From positions 12,658 to 76,657 of the forward strand of contig CAKQKH010000004.1 in assembly GCA_934248075.1 (NCBI GenBank): DNA of 64,000 nt, read 5' to 3'. The notes beneath the pieces were generated by a model. That model made no database searches. It had not been told where the DNA came from and was given only the letters and a program-made list of their open reading frames with translations. Of this stretch, positions 57,443 to 64,000 are shown in pieces; position 1 is the first letter of the stretch; each line of letters begins with the position of its first letter. The position numbers and the translations under genes are program-made. The stretch is from an uncultured Alphaproteobacteria bacterium. Its GTDB lineage: Bacteria > Pseudomonadota > Alphaproteobacteria > RF32 > CAG-239.

Positions 57443-59903
57443 GCTTTTTTCCTTTCCTTTTGGAAGCATAGAACATATCCTGCGTTTCTTCGGCAACCGA
57501 ACTACCGGTGTGAACCACCAGCTGATTGAACGGAATTTCAATACCTTCCTCATTAAAACGGCGGTTGATCTCAAAGCGCAAATCGCTGGGAATCGCCCAA
57601 CCGGTCCAGATGTCATTGGTGTAGCAGCGCAGCTCAAAATCCAGACTGCTGGCGCCAAAATCCTTAAACAACACATAAGGCTCGGGCTTGCGCAACACGC
57701 GCTTGTGGGCGGCGGCGCACTCCAGCAAAATCCGTTTGACTTTCTCGGTATCCGAACCATAAGCCACGCCGACGCTGACCGACTGCCGCGACCAGTTGTT
57801 GCCGTGGGTCAGGTTGGTCACGGTGGTGGAGAGCAGGTTGGCGTTAGGTATAATCAGGCTGGACTTGCGAAAAGTTTCAACCTCGGTCGAGCGGATATTA
57901 ATTTGTTTAATCCGGCCTTCTTCGCCGTTAATCACAACCCAGTCGCCGACTTTAACCGGCCGCTCAAACAGCAGAATAATGCCGGAAACAAAGTTATTGA
58001 CCACATTTTGCAGACCAAGACCAATACCAACCGAAAGAGCACCGGCAACCAAGGCCAGACTGGTGAGGTTTCCGCCCATTATCACTATCGCCAACAGCGC
58101 CGAGGCCACATAACCGACCGAAGAAAATCCCGAGGCCAGCGAGTGTCTGGTGCCTTCGTCTATATCCATGCGCGCCAACATATTGTTTTCAATCTTCGGA
58201 CGCAAAGATTTAACCAGCGCAATCAGAACAAAAAAGACCACTATGCCCAAAATAATTGACAGCAAAGACACGCGCATTCCGCCGATAGTAAAACCGGTAA
58301 ACAGCTTATAGACAATGGTGCGCAAAATTTCCGTCGGCACGCCCCACAAAGCCAACAGGGCAAAAAATCCGCAAAAAGCCAAAATCGGGTCAACTAAGAA
58401 ACTTGACCAAAAATCGAGTTTGCGCAAAATCCGGCGTCGCATTCGGAAAGTGCGCGCCCAAAATTTGAGAAACAGCAACCGGTGCAAAATCTCGTGCATC
58501 AGGCGTCGCACCGCGACAAACCCCATCACCAGCACTATTGAAATGATAATGCGGTTGATGATGAACAATGCCAAATACGGATATCCGCACAATGACATAC
58601 CGGTAATTGCTAAAGCCCCTAAAATTGATAACGATATGACGCGAATCATAAAGCTGTCTTGTTCTTCTTCCGCCAGCATCTCGGGGCTGAGCTGGGTTTC
58701 GTCTTCATTTTCGTCGGTCAAATCCTGACCAATCTCGTCAACCTGAGATTGCGGCTCAACCCACATCAGCCGTTGCAAAACCCAAGCCAGACAAAAGGCC
58801 TTGACTATGGCCGAGGCCGCCACCAAAAAAGTCATTAATTCAATCGGATAGTTTTCATCTTTAACAATATGCTGCAAAAACGCCAAAACCCCGATCAAAA
58901 TTACCGACACATACAAAGCTTTGGTAACTTTTTTGGCGCGATCGGTTGAAATCGCAATCAGCCGCCAGTTTTCATGATAAGGCGTAAAAATCACGCGGCA
59001 AACCGCCATGCCGATAATTACAAACAGCGAATAATACAAAAAGCTGCTCAAAACCAAGCCCAAAAAACCGGTGGTGAGAATTTTGCCGCTGATCATCCAC
59101 AGCAGACACAGCCCGATAATAAACGTGGGAATCACGCCATAGGCCACCCAAACCGATATTGCCGCCCAAATTTTGCGGCCGAAACGCGGGTTGGCGATAT
59201 CTTCCCGATAGCCAAACCGGCGCAGAATAAAACGGCGCAAAATCCAGCCCAAAAACGCAATCAATATCAGGGTCAAAGACACTGGCAAAATATTGGCGCG
59301 CAATACTTTTTGCGCCGAATTGTCCAAGGTCTTATACCACAAAACCGGCGACATCGCCACATCGGCCATCAGCCCGAGCAACCGCTTGCCGGAATCAATA
59401 AACACCTTGGGATAAATAATCGCGTCGCCGGCAATCAGCAGATTGCCCCAAAGCTCCTCATTGCGCAGGTTAAACACCGCCATATCAAGATCATCAAGTC
59501 TGGTCAGCAACAAATCCACCTCGGCCTGACGAGCTTTTTCCTCGGCCAGCTCATGCGTAAACTGCTTGCGTTTTTGAGCAATAATGGCGATCTCATGTCC
59601 GCCCTCCGGCACAGAGCCTAAGGCTTCCACACGTTTTTCGGCGGATTTGATATCAAACTCGATTTGCTTTTTGCTGCTCTCCAGTTGCGAGCGGATATTG
59701 TGCAAATACTCCAAATCCTCGGTTAGCTCAGATGACGAAACTTTTTTCTTGAGTTGACTTTCAATTTTGCTCAAATTGGCGCTGACCGTATTATATTTGA
59801 GGTCGGCTCCCAAGGCGTTAACCGACTGCGCCTCCGCCAAACCTGCTCCAAGCAGGCCCAAGCCCAACAGTACCAATAAACCAAACCGCGCCCAACGCTT
59901 CAT
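57432..59903 (-). CDS. MscK/KefA-type mechanosensitive channel (periplasmic coiled-coil N-terminus + MscS core)
   Basis: Signal peptide, a long coiled coil, about 11 TM helices, and the MscS core GIGLGLQNVVNNFVSGIILLFERPVKVGDWV. Confidence 0.85.
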   Translation of the reverse strand: MKRWARFGLLVLLGLGLLGAGLAEAQSVNALGADLKYNTVSANLSKIESQLKKKVSSSELTEDLEYLHNIRSQLESSKKQIEFDIKSAEKRVEALGSVPEGGHEIAIIAQKRKQFTHELAEEKARQAEVDLLLTRLDDLDMAVFNLRNEELWGNLLIAGDAIIYPKVFIDSGKRLLGLMADVAMSPVLWYKTLDNSAQKVLRANILPVSLTLILIAFLGWILRRFILRRFGYREDIANPRFGRKIWAAISVWVAYGVIPTFIIGLCLLWMISGKILTTGFLGLVLSSFLYYSLFVIIGMAVCRVIFTPYHENWRLIAISTDRAKKVTKALYVSVILIGVLAFLQHIVKDENYPIELMTFLVAASAIVKAFCLAWVLQRLMWVEPQSQVDEIGQDLTDENEDETQLSPEMLAEEEQDSFMIRVISLSILGALAITGMSLCGYPYLALFIINRIIISIVLVMGFVAVRRLMHEILHRLLFLKFWARTFRMRRRILRKLDFWSSFLVDPILAFCGFFALLALWGVPTEILRTIVYKLFTGFTIGGMRVSLLSIILGIVVFFVLIALVKSLRPKIENNMLARMDIDEGTRHSLASGFSSVGYVASALLAIVIMGGNLTSLALVAGALSVGIGLGLQNVVNNFVSGIILLFERPVKVGDWVVINGEEGRIKQINIRSTEVETFRKSSLIIPNANLLSTTVTNLTHGNNWSRQSVSVGVAYGSDTEKVKRILLECAAAHKRVLRKPEPYVLFKDFGASSLDFELRCYTNDIWTGWAIPSDLRFEINRRFNEEGIEIPFNQLVVHTGSSVAEETQDMFYASKRKGKKHVD

Positions 59904-59913
59904 TAATTTGCTC

Positions 59914-60918
59914 CTAATTCTTTTTTTCTGTCATCAATTTGCTCAGACGCAAAATGTTTTTGGCGCTGGCGGCGCGCTGATTATCCGCCACACACCAGAA
60001 ACTAATGCCGTTTTCCACGCTGGAATCCTGACGCAGCCGGCTGACATAAATTTCATTTTCGCCCTGAACATCATGCAAGGTCACATAGCCGCCGTCGGTC
60101 TGCTTGTCAAAGACCACCACTCCGTCGGTTTTCTTAATCTGTTCTCCGGCTTCGGCCACGTCTATTTCTTTGCCGCATTCGACATTAATAAACTGCGCCG
60201 AGCCGATAAACGCCGGAATCACCGCGCAGTTGGCGTGAACTTTAACGTCTCCGCCCAAAACCTGCTTGGTTTCGGTATTAAAACTCCACTCGCAGGAGGT
60301 TTCTTCCCCGATAAAATCACCCAAATGCGGAATCACGTTAAAGGCAATCTGCTTATGAAACACCGCCTGATCGTCAACCAAAGTGTCGTTCATAAAAATC
60401 TTGCGGGTCTGATTAAATAATTCGTCCATGCCCGACCGCCCATACGCCGAAACCGAGCTGTAAGTAGAAACAACCAAGCGTTTAATCTGATAGTTTTGCT
60501 GAATTTTCTGCAACGGAATCAACATCTGGCAGACTTCGGCCGAGGGAACGGCAATCAAATCGCGGCCGGCGGCTTTATCATCGTTAATTCCGGCCACAAT
60601 CATCGGAACCTCAGGCTCGCCGGCAGAAGCGCCGGAAGCGTCTATCACTTTGGCGCCGGCTTTGAGCGCCAGCGGAATATATTTTTTGGCGACCGGAGCA
60701 GCAGATGTAAACACCGCAACCGCCACCCCCTTAAAGTCAAAACCGTCCAGACTCAAAACATCTATCTCGTCATCTTCACCATAAGACACCGTGTTGCCCA
60801 GCGCCGAGCGTGGCTCCAAAGCAATCACCTCCTGTGGTTTGCGTCCATTTTCAGCCAACAGATTTAAAACCTCGCGGCCGCCGTTTTCTTCTACACCGAT
60901 TATTGCAATTTTAGACAT
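59914..60918 (-). CDS. Aspartate-semialdehyde dehydrogenase-like (Asd/USG-1 family) protein, catalytic residues apparently substituted
   Basis: Collinear with Asd (VVSTYSSVS..G, IAFNVIP, WCVADN). By eye, NPNCST reads VPSAEV and GHS reads GSA. Confidence 0.75.
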   Translation of the reverse strand: MSKIAIIGVEENGGREVLNLLAENGRKPQEVIALEPRSALGNTVSYGEDDEIDVLSLDGFDFKGVAVAVFTSAAPVAKKYIPLALKAGAKVIDASGASAGEPEVPMIVAGINDDKAAGRDLIAVPSAEVCQMLIPLQKIQQNYQIKRLVVSTYSSVSAYGRSGMDELFNQTRKIFMNDTLVDDQAVFHKQIAFNVIPHLGDFIGEETSCEWSFNTETKQVLGGDVKVHANCAVIPAFIGSAQFINVECGKEIDVAEAGEQIKKTDGVVVFDKQTDGGYVTLHDVQGENEIYVSRLRQDSSVENGISFWCVADNQRAASAKNILRLSKLMTEKKN

Positions 60919-61113
60919 TAGTTTTCCTTATGGTTAAATCATTTTCAACATTGTCGAGATAATAGCATTTTTGTAAAATAAAATACAACTGTTTTAGATA
61001 CTAAATCACAGACTTTTGCAAATTGGCGCCTCCAACAGCTTTATTCTTGACAAAAGACGCTTTTTACGGCTTAATTAGAGACCGATTTTAACCATATTTA
61101 TAAGGACAAAACA

Positions 61114-62415
61114 ATGACGGCACGCACTTTGCAAGGTTTTATGGAACTTCTGCCCGAAGAGCAGATTGTAATGAACAAGATGAAAGCCGTCATCGCCCAT
61201 ACTTATGAGCTGTTTGGTTTTGCCCCGCTTGATACGCCGGTTCTGGAGCTGGCCGAGGTGCTGCTTTCCAAATCCGGCGGCGATACCGAAAAACAAATTT
61301 ACGAGTTCAAAAAAGGCGACACGGATTTGGCCATGCGCTTTGATTTGACCGTGCCTTTGGCCAAATATATCGCTCTTTATCACAACAACCTGACTTTTCC
61401 GTTCAAGCGCTATCAAATCGGCAAGGTCTATCGCGGAGAACGCCCGCAAAAAGGACGTTTTCGCGAATTTTATCAATGTGATATTGATATTATCGATCGC
61501 GACGAGCTGAACATCGCCTATGATGCCGAGGTTCTGGCGGTGATTTATACGGTGTTTAACAAACTGGAGCTGCCGGCTTTTAAGATTTACATCAATAACC
61601 GCAAACTATTGTCCGGTTTTCTGGAGGGGCTTAGCATCGCCGACAAAACAGTAGATGTTTTGCGTTTGGTTGACAAGATTAAGAAAATTCCCGAAGCCGC
61701 GTTTTTGGGAGAGCTGGCTGACCTTGGTCTGCCGGAAGATAAAAACCGCCGCTTGTTGGAGTTTATCAAAATCAGCGGCAGTAATGAGGAAATTATTGCT
61801 CAACTTGAAAATCTCGCGGTTCAAAATGATAATTATCAAACCGGTTTATCTGAGCTGAAAACCGTGATTGAGCAGACCAAAAATTTGGGTGTTAATTCCG
61901 ATAACATCAAGATAGATTTGAGCATCACCCGCGGTTTGGATTATTATACCGGCACGGTTTATGAAACCTTTTTTGATGATTATCCGCAGTTTGGCTCAGT
62001 TTGCTCCGGCGGCAGATATGACAATTTGTCCAGTGTGTTTATGGATAAAAAATTCCCCGGCGTCGGCATTTCTATCGGTCTGACTCGTTTGTTTGACCAG
62101 CTGCGTGGCAACGGCCTGCTCAAAATCGCCGGCTCCACGCCCAACCGCGCTCTGATCATCACTCAATCGCCTGAGTTCGCCGACAAAGCGGCGCAACTGG
62201 CCGGACAACTGCGGCAAAACGATATAGCCGCCGATGTGGTGTTGCGTGATTGCAAGTTCAAAAAGAAAATGGAATATGCCAACAAGATTAAGATTCCATA
62301 TCTGATTATCATTGGCGAGGACGAGGCCGCTAACCACAACTACACCCTCAAAAATATGGCTACCGGCGAACAAACCCGCGTTACTCTGGATGAACTGATT
62401 AAGGCGCTGGCCTAA
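61114..62415 (+). CDS. hisS: Histidine--tRNA ligase
   Basis: GFMELLPEE, YRGERPQKGRFREFYQCD, GGRYDNL and an anticodon-binding C-terminus. Confidence 0.92.
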   Translation: MTARTLQGFMELLPEEQIVMNKMKAVIAHTYELFGFAPLDTPVLELAEVLLSKSGGDTEKQIYEFKKGDTDLAMRFDLTVPLAKYIALYHNNLTFPFKRYQIGKVYRGERPQKGRFREFYQCDIDIIDRDELNIAYDAEVLAVIYTVFNKLELPAFKIYINNRKLLSGFLEGLSIADKTVDVLRLVDKIKKIPEAAFLGELADLGLPEDKNRRLLEFIKISGSNEEIIAQLENLAVQNDNYQTGLSELKTVIEQTKNLGVNSDNIKIDLSITRGLDYYTGTVYETFFDDYPQFGSVCSGGRYDNLSSVFMDKKFPGVGISIGLTRLFDQLRGNGLLKIAGSTPNRALIITQSPEFADKAAQLAGQLRQNDIAADVVLRDCKFKKKMEYANKIKIPYLIIIGEDEAANHNYTLKNMATGEQTRVTLDELIKALA

Positions 62416-62417
62416 CC

Positions 62418-62950
62418 CGCTGCCGAAGCCGCACAGGCATTGGCAAGAATTTACTCGCCCGCACGGCGGGTGGCGCATAGCAAGAATTTACTCGCCACTC
62501 ACTTTGTTCGAGGCTCGGGATAGTGCGCTTAAAAAAATAGCTGTCATCGCTCCGAGAGGCGAGCATTCTCGCCCGAGGTCAAGCGATCTTCCGTGCTGAT
62601 AATTTAATCTAACAGCACGGTAGATGCCTGGACTTTGCGGAAGAATGCTTCCGCAAAGAGGTATGACAGAGTCTATGCCACCCCTACCAAGTTAGACGGT
62701 TTGGATGGGGGTGAGATAAATGCAACTGTCACTCTGAGTGAAACGAAGAGTCCATATTGTTGCTTGATAAAAATGGATTGCTTCTCACGGCTAGCCGCCG
62801 TTCGCGCAATGACGTTGCCTATTGTTTTTACTGGATTCTGGCGTTCGCCAGAATGACAGTATTGTGGTTAAAATCTGGCACAATCTCGAGCCTCGAACGC
62901 AGTGAGCGGCGAGTATGTTCTTAGTTATGCCCCTGCCGGCTCGGCAGCGG
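62418..62950. repeat. Nested MITE-like repeat field (unit 62488-62915 with terminal inverted repeats, A-type hairpin inserted at about 62751-62812)
   Basis: ttactcgccactcactttgttcgaggctcgggatagtg ... caatctcgagcctcgaacgcagtgagcggcgagta. It also carries the ctggattctggcgttcgccagaatgac and ttatgcccctgccggctcggcag modules. Confidence 0.85.
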
Positions 62951-62955
62951 GCTGG

Positions 62956-63222
62956 TTAGAGATTAATGGTTTTGATTAAATCACCCAGCCAGACATCGGC
63001 GCCCTGATTAATAATCCGGCGGAAATTTGCGGCGTCTTGCGGGTTTTCGCTGTCCAAATCCGCCAACAGCTCCCAATCGGCTTTTTGTTGCACATAATCG
63101 CAAAACTCCAACACCAGATTCATACGGCGAGAATACCCCAGTTCATTGCTGAAATGATTGAGTTCAAAATATGTAAAAAGCTGATTAGCTTTTTCGGCGA
63201 GTTGGTATTGACTAAGCTTCAT
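62956..63222 (-). CDS. Hypothetical protein (88 aa)
   Basis: An ORF downstream of the S24 repressor-like gene. Weak RBS, no motif recognised. Confidence 0.4.
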   Translation of the reverse strand: MKLSQYQLAEKANQLFTYFELNHFSNELGYSRRMNLVLEFCDYVQQKADWELLADLDSENPQDAANFRRIINQGADVWLGDLIKTINL

Positions 63223-63312
63223 AAATTATGTCCGTACATTAAATACGACCAAAATATACGATATATGTACTTGAAAAGTCAAGTCGCTGATATACGGATT
63301 GTGTATATAAAT

Positions 63313-64000
63313 TTACAGCTTTCTGATAACGCAGGCGACACGCCCCAAAATACGGCAATCTTCCAGCTTGCATTCAAAAGAGCTGTGTTTGGCGTTGTCG
63401 GCGATAATTTTGAGCATTTGCGGATTACTGTTGGGGATAAGCTCGATTCGTTTAATAGCCACGCCCAGCCCGTCCCAAATAGCAAACACGCCCGCCGGAG
63501 AAGGGGTTTTGCCGGCGGCGGAGGTGTCAATAACCGCCTTGTCTCCGGCCATTATGGTCGGCGCCATGCTGTCGCCCAGGGCTTCTATAATATAGGCGTT
63601 TTGGTTCTGCACATTAATTTCGTTCAGATAATCCGCCGGAATGCGCCAACAATCCTTGATCCGCCTTGAGGGCAGATAGTCCGCGTTAAAGTGGCGGCTG
63701 TCTTCTTGCAAAAAGCCATTAATTTCGTCATCAAAATCTTCCACCGCAAAATTTCGTTTGTTATATACGTCAAGTTCGGGAACATTTTGCTCGATTTCAT
63801 CAGACAAATATTCGACGCTGTTTTTGTCGGTCAGGCATATATTGTTAGATATTCCGGAGTTAAAATTGAGCATACTGTCTAGGCGGATGTGCAAAATTTC
63901 GGCGGCTTTTGCCACTCTGTCCAGCGGAATAGCTTTGGTTTTGCCTGAAAAAAGCTCATAAACTCTGCTGGCCGGCCAGTTTAATTCTTTGGCAAATTTT
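63313..64000 (-). CDS. XRE-HTH / S24-peptidase repressor (phage CI/LexA-like), N-terminus beyond the window end
   Basis: The C-terminal GDSMAPTIMAGDKAVID...GRVACVIRKL carries the S24 Ser/Lys dyad pattern. The reading frame stays open upstream of the track start to 64000 and encodes KFAKELNWPASRVYELFSGKTKAIPLDRVAKAA, which is HTH-like. Confidence 0.8.
   Translation of the reverse strand, partial: KFAKELNWPASRVYELFSGKTKAIPLDRVAKAAEILHIRLDSMLNFNSGISNNICLTDKNSVEYLSDEIEQNVPELDVYNKRNFAVEDFDDEINGFLQEDSRHFNADYLPSRRIKDCWRIPADYLNEINVQNQNAYIIEALGDSMAPTIMAGDKAVIDTSAAGKTPSPAGVFAIWDGLGVAIKRIELIPNSNPQMLKIIADNAKHSSFECKLEDCRILGRVACVIRKL

Noticed and set aside
57443-57760. N-terminal 106-aa extension of the murD ORF in the track.
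   Set aside because: The extension overlaps the 3' end of the mechanosensitive-channel gene in another frame and is Cys/Pro/Arg-rich nonsense. The conserved MurD N-terminus starts at ATG 57442.
57372-60420. Several long plus-strand ORFs (57372-58259, 58974-59621, 59767-60420).
   Set aside because: They are antisense shadows of the mscK-like and asd-like genes, with biased Gln/Arg/Asn composition and no motifs.
63037-63669. 210-aa plus-strand ORF.
   Set aside because: It overlaps and is antisense to the S24 repressor gene and the 88-aa ORF, and has no motif.

Overview
This looks like a chromosomal segment of a moderately AT-rich alphaproteobacterium. The lineage call rests on ctrA and chpT, an RNase E with a large insertion in its S1 domain, hpnCDE squalene genes, trmFO and fliIJ. 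I can support about 58 protein genes and 2 tRNAs (Glu-CUC, Thr-CGU). Most of the window is housekeeping: hflK, mrp/apbC, rne, an amidase, PBP1A, prfB with its +1 frameshift, gltX, cysS, rnhA, ffh-rpsP-rimM-trmD-rplS, murD, hisS and sodB.

Four things break this up:
- Two small integrase-less accessory patches lie directly downstream of the 3' ends of the two tRNAs (about 44.0-47.2 kb and 52.7-55.5 kb). They carry uncharacterised ORFs, a zeta-toxin-fold TA pair and genes whose codon usage looks foreign by eye.
- An operon of two secreted cysteine-rich proteins sharing a roughly 35-aa Cys module lies between ctrA and fliI.
- A Schlafen/AlbA_2-domain gene overlaps rnhA by 1 nt.
- Dense nested MITE-like repeat fields occur at 21.07-21.34, 37.14-38.20, 55.49-55.86 and 62.42-62.95 kb. 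One of them forms a ~190-bp inverted pair bracketing a 6.7-kb housekeeping block, and another surrounds a DUF559 endonuclease gene.

Several proteins appear, by eye alignment, to have lost canonical catalytic residues: the Asd-like protein, the DsbD-like membrane core, and CheY-like Lys109. No CRISPR array, rRNA or intact transposase/integrase was seen. All homology calls come from motif recognition by eye. No database search or numerical composition analysis was run.
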